Notes under the pieces: generated by a model | The model's database searches: none | The model's input: the letters and a program-made list of their open reading frames with translations, nothing else | Told to the model about the DNA's origin: nothing | Program-made: the position numbers and the translations under genes | Source: an uncultured bacterium | Lineage (GTDB): Bacteria > Acidobacteriota > Thermoanaerobaculia > Multivoradales > JAHEKO01 | NCBI GenBank assembly: GCA_905479655.1 | Contig: CAJQNK010000076.1 | Location: forward strand, 331 to 64,330 | DNA: 64,000 nucleotides | Reading direction: 5' to 3' | Shown: positions 28,408 to 37,393 of the stretch, piece by piece | Layout: every line of letters starts with the position of its first letter | How positions within the stretch are numbered: the stretch's first letter is position 1

Positions 28408-31302
28408 TCAGCAGTCGGCCTGAAGGCCGACAAGCGTAACGTACTCCATGTTCTGCGTGCACACGCAGACGGTAATCGCCAGAGGATCCACCGTCGTGAC
28501 GTGGATCTTTCCGGTGTCCTGCGCTGTCAGACAGGTCGCGACACCGGCTGTGTCGAACACCGGGACCTTCAACACGGTTTGCGCCGTCACCGTGTCCGCC
28601 GCCAGCGAACCCGTCGTCGACAGGTCTCCCCCGCTCAGCGTAGCGGTGCCGTCCGTCAACGCCCCGCCCTGCACCGCCGCCGAGGCCGTCACCGACGTCG
28701 CTCCGGTCAGCGCGCCTCCGGTCAGCGAAGCGGTGCCGTCCGTCAGCGTCCCGCCCTGCACCGTCCCCGAGGCCGTCACCGAAGTCGCACCCGACAGCGC
28801 GCCCGAGGCCAGCGTCGCGATGCCATCCGTCAGCGCCCCCCCACTCACGCCGCCGCCCACCATCAGGCTGCCGTTCGTGTTCAGCGCCAGGTCGCCCACC
28901 AGGGGCATGGTCACGTCCAGGCCGATCGAGGCGCCCGAGAAGGTCCCCGCGGAGTAGTCCACGCTCAACCCCGTGACGTCACCCCCATGGGTGCCCGACA
29001 GGACCAGGTCGAGACCCGTCACGGTGCCGGGATTGTTGGAGCTTCCGGCGAGCGCGACGGTCACCCCCGCGGCCTGGCCGTTGACGTTCGCGCCGCTCTT
29101 CTCGATCCGGAGGGAGCTGAAGGTCCCCATCTCGGTGTCCGACAGGGTGAGCTCTCCGGTTCCCGAGCTGAGGGTCACCAGGGGATCTCCGTCGTAGGCG
29201 TCTTGCAGAGTCACTCCGGTCCCCGCCGCTGCGAGGGCGCAGGCCAGCCCGTCCTGAACGTCGTCGACAGGGCCGCCCGGGCAGGCCGTCGACTCGTCGA
29301 AGCCGACGAACCGCGCTCCGGACAGGTCGATGCCGACTCCGCCGTCGTCGACGGTGGACCTCAGCTCGTCCAGCGCCTCTTGGACACTGGCGCCGAAGGT
29401 CAGCGCCGAGTCGATGCCGATGAGGCTCGCGCCGGTCGGCGCCGATACCGACCCGAGATCCGTCCCCAGGACGTAGAGGGACGAGTGGTCGTGGAGGCCG
29501 CTGGCATCCGCTCCCCCCGTCAGCGTCCCGAGGGCCGTCTCGTCGAGTGTCGTCGCGCCGAGCGTGAGGGTCGAGGCCGAGAGATCGCCCGTGACCGCCG
29601 TCCCCAGGGGGGTGGCGATCAGCACGTCCGTCAGCGGCCCGGAGTCGGCGGCGGCCAGCCGAATGCTCCCGATCGCGTTGCCGGGATCCTCGAGCACTGC
29701 CGAGACGCGGCCGGCCGAGGTCAGGTTGCCCCCGTCGTCCACCGACCGGAACTCGATGCCCGAGCCGATCCCACCGGCGCCGTTGCCACTGCTCAACAGG
29801 TGGTCGACCCTCAGGATGTCGGACACGGCATCGTTGGACGAATCCTCGACCTGGAAGTCGAGGGTGCTCGAGCGCAAGAGCTGAGACGCGAGGTCCGAGC
29901 CCTCGACGCCGAGATCCTGGATCTGGAGGGTGTTGATGCAACCGTCACAGTTCAGGTCGGTGATCGTGACGTTCGTCAACTGCGACCCGTCTCCGATGTA
30001 GAAGCCGGCGGTGACGGTATCGTTCACGGTCAGGTTCTCGGCTGTCAGTTCGGTGATCTGCAGGCTGTCGGACAGCAGCGCACCCTGGATCCGTACCGTA
30101 TTGGTCTCGGACCCGATGGAACCCTCTCCCCCGAGATGGATGTCGTTCCCTGTCGTTCCGCCGGACGCGAAGAGTCCGGTGCCGACGTCGTTGACGAAGT
30201 AGCCGCCGAAGGCCTCGGCACCGGTGGCCGACCCGAGGACCCCCCGGAAGGACCCGGTGCCCCAGACCCCGGCGCCATCCACCGAGGCGCTGTCGCCACG
30301 GACGCCGTAGGCCTGACCGCTGCCCGAATCGGCCAGACCCTCGAGGCCGAACCCCGAGTCGGTGGTCGTCATGCCTCGCACTCCGACACCGCCGCCGAGA
30401 GACACCCCTTCCACCCCGGCGCCGGCGCCGGAGGTCTCTCCACGCACCCCGACCGAGCGCGGGTCCGAGCTGAAGGTCTTGCCGAAGACGCCGTACGTCC
30501 AGCCGTCTTCCGTCTCTCCGAACACGCCGGCCGCACCGGTCTCGGAGCTCTCGGTCAGCCCGTGGACGCCGTAGGTGACGCCAGTCGTCGCCACCGCCTG
30601 CCCCACGACGCCGGAGGAGGTGTTGATCGGGCTACTCGTCTTCCCGCGCAATCCGAAGTAGACGTCGTCGGTGGCCGTGAGTTCGCCGAAGACAGCGGCG
30701 TCGCCCTCGATGAAGACCTCGGGAGCCGGTGTCGCATCGACGGTACGCCGCCCCACGCCCAGGATCGCTCCCGCCAGGTCGCCGACCGCACCCTCCGCGG
30801 CCAGCACCGCCCCGCCCCGCTCCTCGAGATAGCGCGCGAGCACCCGCTCGAGGGCACTCTCGACGTCCTCGATCCGTAACTCGCTGCGCACCCGGAAGAT
30901 CCGCGACTGCGACCACTCGCCCGCCGCCCCGTCGGCGGCCACGGCGCGCACGCCCCAGGCGTAGGTCTCCTCGGCTCGCAGGCAGCGGTCGAGCGGTGGT
31001 GTCCAGGAGGTGACCTCGCCGGGCAGCTCGTTCCAGAGGACCGGCCTCAGCTTCGGAAGCTCTTCACCCGCCCAGACAGCGGCCTGGCCCTCCTCCGATT
31101 CGACCTCGTACACCACCACGTGGAACCGCTCCGCGTCGGGCACGATGCCCCAGCTGAAGGTCGGGCACCGAGTCCCCACGTCCGCGCCGAAGCGAGAGGA
31201 CCCGGGCGACGAGGTCAGGGGCGCTCGCGGCACCGCGAGGACCGGCATCGCGGTGATAAACGCCACCACGAGCGACGACATGAGAGCGCTACGCTGCACC
31301 AT
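28408..31302 (-). CDS. large secreted Gly/Thr/Ser-rich fibre- or adhesin-like protein
   Basis: 964 aa with a signal-like N-terminus. Long low-complexity G/T/S/A region, then three 29-aa repeats and a Cys-containing C-terminal domain. Confidence 0.65.
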   Translation of the reverse strand: MVQRSALMSSLVVAFITAMPVLAVPRAPLTSSPGSSRFGADVGTRCPTFSWGIVPDAERFHVVVYEVESEEGQAAVWAGEELPKLRPVLWNELPGEVTSWTPPLDRCLRAEETYAWGVRAVAADGAAGEWSQSRIFRVRSELRIEDVESALERVLARYLEERGGAVLAAEGAVGDLAGAILGVGRRTVDATPAPEVFIEGDAAVFGELTATDDVYFGLRGKTSSPINTSSGVVGQAVATTGVTYGVHGLTESSETGAAGVFGETEDGWTYGVFGKTFSSDPRSVGVRGETSGAGAGVEGVSLGGGVGVRGMTTTDSGFGLEGLADSGSGQAYGVRGDSASVDGAGVWGTGSFRGVLGSATGAEAFGGYFVNDVGTGLFASGGTTGNDIHLGGEGSIGSETNTVRIQGALLSDSLQITELTAENLTVNDTVTAGFYIGDGSQLTNVTITDLNCDGCINTLQIQDLGVEGSDLASQLLRSSTLDFQVEDSSNDAVSDILRVDHLLSSGNGAGGIGSGIEFRSVDDGGNLTSAGRVSAVLEDPGNAIGSIRLAAADSGPLTDVLIATPLGTAVTGDLSASTLTLGATTLDETALGTLTGGADASGLHDHSSLYVLGTDLGSVSAPTGASLIGIDSALTFGASVQEALDELRSTVDDGGVGIDLSGARFVGFDESTACPGGPVDDVQDGLACALAAAGTGVTLQDAYDGDPLVTLSSGTGELTLSDTEMGTFSSLRIEKSGANVNGQAAGVTVALAGSSNNPGTVTGLDLVLSGTHGGDVTGLSVDYSAGTFSGASIGLDVTMPLVGDLALNTNGSLMVGGGVSGGALTDGIATLASGALSGATSVTASGTVQGGTLTDGTASLTGGALTGATSVTASAAVQGGALTDGTATLSGGDLSTTGSLAADTVTAQTVLKVPVFDTAGVATCLTAQDTGKIHVTTVDPLAITVCVCTQNMEYVTLVGLQADC
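28588..28848 (-). repeat. 3 x 87-bp tandem coding repeat (29-aa units)
   Basis: VSGGALTDGIATLASGALSGATSVTASGT / VQGGTLTDGTASLTGGALTGATSVTASAA / VQGGALTDGTATLSGGDLSTTGSLAADTV. Confidence 0.8.
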
Positions 31303-31389
31303 GAGCTTCCCTCCCGCTGATTGACGAACTACTATAGCCGAGGCCCTTCCGGATCATTGGTGAGCAGACCGGTTCGAACGGATATCGCA

Positions 31390-31872
31390 ATGAAGATCTC
31401 GTCGAAGATCCTCCACCCCTCCGTGATCCTCACGCTGGCGCTCGTCGCCAGCTCGTGCACCACGGTGAACAAGCTCTCCACCAAGACCCGCCAGCTCTTC
31501 GGCGGGGACCTCCAGGTCGAGGTGACGGTCTCGCCGAACCTGAACCAGAAGTCGCCGCTCGCGGTGGAGCTCCTGCTGTTCGAGGACAAGAAGCTCATCC
31601 CCGCCGTCGAGGGCCTGGAGGCCCGGGAATGGTTCCAGTCCAGGGAGCAGTACTTCCTCGACAACAAGAAGGGTGTCCGATCGTACCTGTGGGAGTGGGT
31701 CCCGGGGCAGTCGGTCGAACCGCTCACGGTCAAGATCAAGGCGGGCACGAAGCAGGCGATCCTGTTCGCCAACTACATGGCTCCCGGCGCCCACCGCGAG
31801 AAGCTCGACCCGCGTCGGCACTTCGTGTTGCACCTGGGCGAGCGCAAGTTCCGCGTCGAGGTCGACGAGTAG
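31390..31872 (+). CDS. tssJ: T6SS outer-membrane lipoprotein TssJ-like
   Basis: ATG at 31390. Lipobox LALVASSC. 160 aa with the SciN-like pattern (VEVTVSPNLNQKSPLAVELLLFED...WVPGQSVEPL...AILFANY). Assignment is by pattern only. Confidence 0.55.
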   Translation: MKISSKILHPSVILTLALVASSCTTVNKLSTKTRQLFGGDLQVEVTVSPNLNQKSPLAVELLLFEDKKLIPAVEGLEAREWFQSREQYFLDNKKGVRSYLWEWVPGQSVEPLTVKIKAGTKQAILFANYMAPGAHREKLDPRRHFVLHLGERKFRVEVDE

Positions 31873-31879
31873 AGCCGGG

Positions 31880-32389
31880 TCAAGAGGCGCTGCGAGCAAC
31901 CGTCTCGTCGATCCTCCCGAGCCGGTGACGGATCACGGGGCGCAGGTCCTCGAAGGCGTTGCTCTCCAGGAAAGCCTCGCGCGCTGCCGCCGCCTCGGCC
32001 ATCGAGCCGTACCGCCCCACCCGGACGGAGAGAACGGTCGAGCCCGCGGAGCGGGCGGCCCGGAAGATGCGCCCCTCGTATCCGGAAGCGGCGAGCCGCT
32101 CGACGAGCGCCTGCGCGGGGGTCTCCCGGACGAAGGTCTCGACCTCCAGCTCGTAGAGCCGGACGGCTCGCAAGCCGCCGTCCGCGCCCGATCCCGCGGG
32201 CCGAACGAGCGTACCGTCCGGCGGACCTCCGGCCCCCCCTCCCGGCAGCTCTCCGATCTCCGCCTCCGGCCCCGAAGGCGGCCCGACAGGACGGCTCCAG
32301 CGACTCCCGGCCCACACTCCCAGAAGGAAGATCAGCAGGGCGACGAGGACCCCGAAGCAGCCGAGGCCGAGCGCCCGCGCCCGTTTCAC
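31880..32389 (-). CDS. membrane-anchored SPOR-domain (peptidoglycan-binding) protein
   Basis: GTG at 32389 (VKRARALGLGCFGVLVALLIFLLG TM helix). C-terminal LYELEVETFVRETPAQALVERLAASGYEGRIF..VRVGRYGSMAEAAAAREAF is SPOR-like. Confidence 0.6.
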   Translation of the reverse strand: MKRARALGLGCFGVLVALLIFLLGVWAGSRWSRPVGPPSGPEAEIGELPGGGAGGPPDGTLVRPAGSGADGGLRAVRLYELEVETFVRETPAQALVERLAASGYEGRIFRAARSAGSTVLSVRVGRYGSMAEAAAAREAFLESNAFEDLRPVIRHRLGRIDETVARSAS

Positions 32390-32450
32390 GATCCGGACTC
32401 CTGCCGGTCCCCCGCCATCGCCGCCATCGCCTCGCGGCACCGGCGATCGA

Positions 32451-33971
32451 TCACCGGACCCCTCCCACCAACCCGGTCGCCCCCAGGGCCCGCATCGCGG
32501 CGCCGACCCGTCGAACGTAGGTTCGTGTCTCGGCGAAGGGCGGCACGTCGCCGTACCGGCCGACGGCACCCTCGCCCGCGTTGTAGGCGCCGAGAACGAG
32601 CAGGGGATCGCCATCGTACCGCTCGACCAGCGCATCGAGGTAGCGCACCCCCGCACGGAGGTTGCTGCGGGGGTCGAACAGGGAGTCGGGTCCCACTCCG
32701 AACCGGACGCCCGTCTCCGGCATGACCTGCATCAGCCCGAGGGCCCCCTTCGGAGAGACGGCCTGGGGGTCGAATCTGGACTCGACCCAGACCATGGCCG
32801 CGACCAGCCGGGGGTTCACAGAGTGCGCCTCGGCCTGCTCGAAGATCAGGCGGCCGAACGGAGTCTCCGGGATCGGGCGCGCCGCGCCGAAGACGAGGTC
32901 GGCGCGCCGGAGGGCGGGTGCCGCGTGGGCCGCGTCTAGATCGACGACAGACCATCGCGCCAGACTGCCACCTGACCTCGGATCGGCGGCCTCGAGCAGC
33001 TCCCGCATTCGCCGGGTGCCGCCCGCGAGGGGGTCCCGAGGCTCGCTCGGCGATTCGCCGCTGGCCGCCGTCTCGTCCACCGCCACGGTCGTCGCCGCGG
33101 CCGTCGACCCGCCGGACGGGGCCGGCTCGACCGCCGGGGCCGGAGGCAAGATCGCCTCCTCCAGGGGCCATCGATAGTGACCGAGCACCCGCACCGCGCC
33201 CAGGAGATCCTCCTCCCGAGGCGTGCCTCGGCCACGGCTCGAGTGGTGGATGACCAGGGGCGCACCTCCGGCTCCCCGGCGATCCGAGACGATGCCCAGA
33301 TGCGTGGCGCGAGAACCGTCGGATTCGTTCCAGACGACAATGTCGCCGGCGCGCCAGGAGCGGTCGAGCCCGGTGACCCCGGAGTGACGGTCCAGGTACG
33401 TCACGACGTTTCGAACCCGCCGATGATCGACGCTCGGATCGGGCTCCGTGACGCCGTAGGCCGCAGAATTCGCGCGGATCGCCTCGTGAATCCGCCGCTG
33501 GAGATCGACGCCCACCGCCCGCAGGCTGCGGACGACCAGGTCGGCGGTGGTTCCCCGCTCCCACCCCGGGTCGCCCCCGGGGTACTCGAGAAGGACGTAA
33601 CTGGTGTCGTAGCGGGGAGCCCGTGCCATCGACTCGCGAGCCCCGCGGACGATCGCGGCGCCCATCCGCTGCTCCTCCAAGAGCCGGATCTCCGCCGGAT
33701 CGGGCTCGGGAAGCGGTGGTGGCGACGCTGGCTCGAGCTCGACGAGCGCGGCCGCGACGCGTCGCTCGACCTCGCCGGGAACCACCCAGCGCACGCCGGT
33801 GAGCAGGCCCGCCAGAAACAGGAGCACCGAGGTCGCCACCGCGGCCGCGACGGCCAGGGCCAGGATTCTCCTGTCCTTGAAGATCGACGGGTCCAAGAGC
33901 CTCCTTCGCGAGCCGGCTCGACGCGCGACACCGGCCCCACTGCGCGACGGATGATGGAACGACCATACCAT
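32451..33971 (-). CDS. membrane-anchored DUF1287-like domain fused to an SLT lytic transglycosylase domain
   Basis: N-terminal TM helix. YDTSYVLLEYPGGDP..DHRRVRNVVTYL..GDIVVW..THLGIV..GHYRW is DUF1287-like. C-terminal VWVESRFDPQAVSPKGALGLMQVMP..AYNAGEG is the SLT catalytic-Glu motif. Confidence 0.75.
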   Translation of the reverse strand: MVWSFHHPSRSGAGVARRAGSRRRLLDPSIFKDRRILALAVAAAVATSVLLFLAGLLTGVRWVVPGEVERRVAAALVELEPASPPPLPEPDPAEIRLLEEQRMGAAIVRGARESMARAPRYDTSYVLLEYPGGDPGWERGTTADLVVRSLRAVGVDLQRRIHEAIRANSAAYGVTEPDPSVDHRRVRNVVTYLDRHSGVTGLDRSWRAGDIVVWNESDGSRATHLGIVSDRRGAGGAPLVIHHSSRGRGTPREEDLLGAVRVLGHYRWPLEEAILPPAPAVEPAPSGGSTAAATTVAVDETAASGESPSEPRDPLAGGTRRMRELLEAADPRSGGSLARWSVVDLDAAHAAPALRRADLVFGAARPIPETPFGRLIFEQAEAHSVNPRLVAAMVWVESRFDPQAVSPKGALGLMQVMPETGVRFGVGPDSLFDPRSNLRAGVRYLDALVERYDGDPLLVLGAYNAGEGAVGRYGDVPPFAETRTYVRRVGAAMRALGATGLVGGVR

Positions 33972-33985
33972 TCGACACCCCTCGC

Positions 33986-36427
33986 CTAGACGAAGCTCCC
34001 CAGGGCGTCGACCGTCACGTGGATCGAAGAGAATCCCCGGCCCTGGGCCATCCTCCCCAGGATCCTCACCGAGAGCTCCGGCAGGAGGGCCTCGTGGAAC
34101 ATCCGGTCGATCCGTCGCGCACCGTCCTCCGCGCGGCCGCAGCGATCGGTCAAGACCTCCACTAGCTGCCGCTCGAAGGTCAGCTCGGCTCCGTGCCGTC
34201 GCCGGATGCGCTCCCGGACCTCCTCGAGTCGCATCTCCACGATCCTCCGGATCTCGGCGCCACCGAGGGGGAGGTAGGGAACGACCTCGAGCCTGCCGAC
34301 GAGGCCTCCTGGGAATCTACCGCCGAGGACCGGCCGCAGGAGGTCGCGAAGGTCCTCGAGTCCCGGCTGCCCGGAGGAGCCCTCCGGCTCCTCGAGCAGC
34401 ACGTCCGACCCGACGCCCGTCGTCAGGAGCACCACGGTGTGACGGAAGTCCACCCGAACGCCTTCCGCGTCATCGAGAACCCCCCGGTCGAAGACGGGAT
34501 AGAACATCTCGAGCACGTCCCGGTGGGCCTTCTCCACCTCGTCGAGGAGCACGATGCAGTAGGGCCGCCGACGCACCGCCTCGGTGAGGAGGCCACCGCG
34601 GCCGTACCCGACGTAGCCCGGCGGCGATCCCCGGAGCGTGGCCACCGAGTGGGCTTCCTGGTACTCGGACATGTTCAGCGTCACGAGGCTCCGGGCACCC
34701 CCGAACATCGCGTCGGCGAGCGCCGCGGCGGTCGCCGTCTTGCCGACTCCCGGCGGACCCGCCAGAAGGAAGGTCCCGAGGGGCCGGCCCGGGTCCTCGA
34801 GCCCCGCCCTCGAGGTGACGATCCGGCGGCTGATGGCCTCCATCGCCATCGGTTGTCCTACGATCCTTCGCCCGAGGGCCTTCCGAAGGCCGAGGACCGT
34901 TTCCACGTCGTCGGACTCCATACTGCCGGCGGGTATCCCCGTCCAGGCGGAGAGAACCTCGGCCACGACCGAGCCGTCCACCGCCACGGGCACCAGGGGC
35001 CGGCCCGCCTGGAACTCGCGGCAATCCCGAAGGCGCCTTTGCAGCTCGTCGTCGTCCGTCGCGTTTCGACCCTCGTCCTCCACCAGGACCAGGCGCTGCT
35101 GCGCCGCACGAACGAGTGCCCTCTCCGTCTCCAGCCTCGCCTCGAGCCGGGACCTTTCCGCCGCGAGCTCGGCGATCCTCTCGTCCAGGCCCTCGTCCTC
35201 GATCTCGCCCCGGCGCCCCTCGCGCAGGAGCGTCGATCTCCGGGATCCCAGACGCTCGAGATTCTGGACCACCTCCGCCAGAGGTTGTGGAAGCAGATCC
35301 CGCGCCAGCGCGACGCGGGAGCAGGCCGTGTCCAGAACACTGATCGCCTTGGCCGGGAGCCGCCTCTCCGGCAGGTAGCGCTGCGACATCCGCACCGCGT
35401 CTCGCACGGCTTCCTCGAGGATCCGAACCTCGTGGTGGCTCTCGAGCGCGGGCACCGCCCCGAGGACCATCTCGATGGCCTCCGCTTCGCTCGGCTCGTC
35501 CACCTTGACCGGCTGGAATCGCCGAGCCAGGGCCGGATCCCTCTCGAAGTAGCGCTTGTACTCCGACCACGTGGTCGCCGCGATGGTGCGCAGCTCGCCG
35601 GCTGCCAGCGCGGGCTTCAGGAGGTTCGCCGCGTCTCCGAGGCCCTCCGGACCGCCGGCACCGATCAAGGTGTGCGCCTCGTCGATGAAGAGGATCACCG
35701 GCCGCGGCGCATCCCGGACCTCCGCCACCACGTTCTTGAGACGTCGCTCGAACTCCCCCTTGACGCCGGCGCCGGCCTGAAGAAGCCCGAGGTCGAGGGT
35801 GCGGAGCGAGATCTCGCGCAGTGCCTCGGGCAGGTCGCCCGACACGATCCGCAGAGCGAGCCCCTCGGCGATCGCGGTCTTGCCGACCCCGGCGTCGCCG
35901 ACCAGGATCGGGTTGTTCTGCCGCCGCCGAGTCAGGATGTCGATGACCTGCCGGATCTCGCGCTCCCGCTCGAGGACCGGGTCGATCCGCTCTTCGCGCG
36001 CCAGCGTCACGAGGTCGAGGGTGTAGAGGCGCAAGGCCGAGTCGGTGGAGGCCCCCTCCACCACCCGGCGGGCAGGAGACGGGGCGCGGGAGACCTCGAT
36101 CGTCTCCCCCTCTTCCTCGGGCGGCGCCTTCCTGTGGGCCGGCACCGCGCCCTCGGCGGAGCCGGCGATCAGATCGGCCAGGTCCTTCACGAGACGGTCT
36201 CGCGAAACGTGGGCGAGTACCGGGCACGAATCGAGGGCCCGCCCCCGGAGCTGCTCGTCCTGGAGCAGGGCGAGCAGCACCGTGCCCGAGCGGACGACCT
36301 CGGACTCCAGGTGCAACGAGGAGCGAACCCAGGCCTCCCGCAGCAGGCGGACGACCTCCGGCGACATCGACGGCGTTCGACGGTTGCCACGCTCGAGACG
36401 CCCGAGGGCGGCGTCGAGCTCCCGCAA
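33986..36427 (-). CDS. clpV: ClpV/TssH-family AAA+ ATPase paralogue (the ORF left downstream of an in-frame TAG)
   Basis: Two AAA+ modules: GDAGVGKTAIAEGLA + ILFIDEAHTLIGAG, and LLAGPPGVGKTATAAALA + IVLLDEVEKAH. Collinear with the second ClpV at 55736-58408. The track start at 36427 is a TTG inside the N-domain. Confidence 0.8.
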   Translation of the reverse strand: MRELDAALGRLERGNRRTPSMSPEVVRLLREAWVRSSLHLESEVVRSGTVLLALLQDEQLRGRALDSCPVLAHVSRDRLVKDLADLIAGSAEGAVPAHRKAPPEEEGETIEVSRAPSPARRVVEGASTDSALRLYTLDLVTLAREERIDPVLEREREIRQVIDILTRRRQNNPILVGDAGVGKTAIAEGLALRIVSGDLPEALREISLRTLDLGLLQAGAGVKGEFERRLKNVVAEVRDAPRPVILFIDEAHTLIGAGGPEGLGDAANLLKPALAAGELRTIAATTWSEYKRYFERDPALARRFQPVKVDEPSEAEAIEMVLGAVPALESHHEVRILEEAVRDAVRMSQRYLPERRLPAKAISVLDTACSRVALARDLLPQPLAEVVQNLERLGSRRSTLLREGRRGEIEDEGLDERIAELAAERSRLEARLETERALVRAAQQRLVLVEDEGRNATDDDELQRRLRDCREFQAGRPLVPVAVDGSVVAEVLSAWTGIPAGSMESDDVETVLGLRKALGRRIVGQPMAMEAISRRIVTSRAGLEDPGRPLGTFLLAGPPGVGKTATAAALADAMFGGARSLVTLNMSEYQEAHSVATLRGSPPGYVGYGRGGLLTEAVRRRPYCIVLLDEVEKAHRDVLEMFYPVFDRGVLDDAEGVRVDFRHTVVLLTTGVGSDVLLEEPEGSSGQPGLEDLRDLLRPVLGGRFPGGLVGRLEVVPYLPLGGAEIRRIVEMRLEEVRERIRRRHGAELTFERQLVEVLTDRCGRAEDGARRIDRMFHEALLPELSVRILGRMAQGRGFSSIHVTVDALGSFV

Positions 36428-36496
36428 CAGCTCGTCGACGTCGACCCCGGAGGCGGCGAAGATCGGCGGCAGGTCGATGCCGGGGAGGTCGACCAG

Positions 36497-36625
36497 CTAG
36501 CGCAGGAAGTGCTCGACCTCCACCGAGTAGTGCGTCTCGGCCACACACGAGCCAGCCGCCATCTCGAGCGCCCGCCTGCAGATCGGATTGAGCTTGTGGA
36601 GCAGAACCTCGAGCTGATTCGACAT
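36497..36625 (-). pseudogene. clpV: ClpV N-domain 5' fragment (42 codons) terminated by in-frame TAG
   Basis: ATG at 36625: MSNQLEVLLHKLNPICRRALEMAAGSCVAETHYSVEVEHFLR, then TAG (36497-36499). The same frame then continues LVDLPGIDLPPIFAASGVDVDELLRELDAALG.. into the large ORF. It aligns with MTMDLKGLIEKLNPVCRRALETAAGRCVAQTHYNVEVEHFLLELLEAEG of the other ClpV. Confidence 0.7.
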
Positions 36626-36637
36626 CGGAGGTCGGCC

Positions 36638-37393
36638 TCAAGCCAACAGCAGGTACACCACGGCGCCGAGGGTTGCCGCCTGGAGCGCAAGGAGCCACCA
36701 GACCGCCCGGCCCAGGGTGCGGCTCCTCCGAGTCAGCTCCTCCCGACTCGACTCCAGGGTTCTCGAAAGGCCGAGTCGGAGGTCGACCAGGCCGCGGAGC
36801 AGCACGCCGCTACGTTCCTCCACCTTGGCCTGGAGCTCGATCCGCCCGCCCTCGACCTCGTCGCGAACCCGAGTCAGGGCCGCGGCCGTGGCCTCCTCGT
36901 GGGCCCGCCGCGCCAGGGCGAAGCCGCGGGCCACCTGGGACGACGTCTCGGAGGTCGCCGCCTGATGCTCCTGCCGAAACGCCGAGATCCCCTCGGCGAC
37001 GTCGACCTCGATCCCGGTCAGTCGCCCTTCCAGGCTCTGGCGGGCCTCTCCCACGGCGTGCAGGGCCTCGACCCGCAGGTCCGAGATCTGGCCACCGGTC
37101 GCCTCGAGACCCGCCTGCAGTCTGGTCGGATCGATCGCCTCGAGAATCGAGAGCACGGACGTCATGCGCGTCGTCGTCTCCTCCAGCGCCTCGACATAGT
37201 CGCGTAGCGAGCCGGCGGCTTCCCGCAGCCCGTGGCTTCCCTCCACCACACCGTCGCGCGCGACGTCGATTCGGGCGGTCGCGTCCCGCAGCTCACGGGA
37301 GGCCGCTCCGAGCTTGCGCAGTTGCCGCTCCGCCTCCACGAACCGCCGCTTCACCTGCGCGAGGGCCAGCGTGCCGTCAGATTCCGTCGTCAT
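36638..37393 (-). CDS. coiled-coil protein with a single C-terminal TM helix (tail-anchored)
   Basis: ATG at 37393 forms an ATGA overlap with the upstream stop. 251 aa, Ala/Glu/Arg/Leu-rich, ending RAVWWLLALQAATLGAVVYLLLA. Confidence 0.6.
   Translation of the reverse strand: MTTESDGTLALAQVKRRFVEAERQLRKLGAASRELRDATARIDVARDGVVEGSHGLREAAGSLRDYVEALEETTTRMTSVLSILEAIDPTRLQAGLEATGGQISDLRVEALHAVGEARQSLEGRLTGIEVDVAEGISAFRQEHQAATSETSSQVARGFALARRAHEEATAAALTRVRDEVEGGRIELQAKVEERSGVLLRGLVDLRLGLSRTLESSREELTRRSRTLGRAVWWLLALQAATLGAVVYLLLA

Noticed and set aside
28408-31302. Prophage tail-fibre gene or prophage remnant.
   Set aside because: No capsid, terminase, tail, integrase or tRNA-attachment features appear anywhere in the window. 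The flanking genes are chromosomal.
31303-31389. TTGACG...TATAGC as a sigma-70 promoter in the divergent region upstream of tssJ.
   Set aside because: The hexamers are only about 6 nt apart, so the spacing is incompatible with a -35/-10 pair.
36497-36499. TAG reassigned as a sense codon (for example pyrrolysine or a genetic-code variant) to explain the clpV interruption.
   Set aside because: TAG plainly terminates hcp (61693), tssC (62257), the MFP gene (3034) and the FadL-like gene (26503) at positions consistent with family lengths.
36638-37393. Tail-anchored 251-aa protein as TssL/DotU.
   Set aside because: The topology (cytoplasmic domain plus C-terminal TM) fits. The sequence, however, is an Ala/Glu/Arg coiled coil without the aromatic-rich DotU core pattern.
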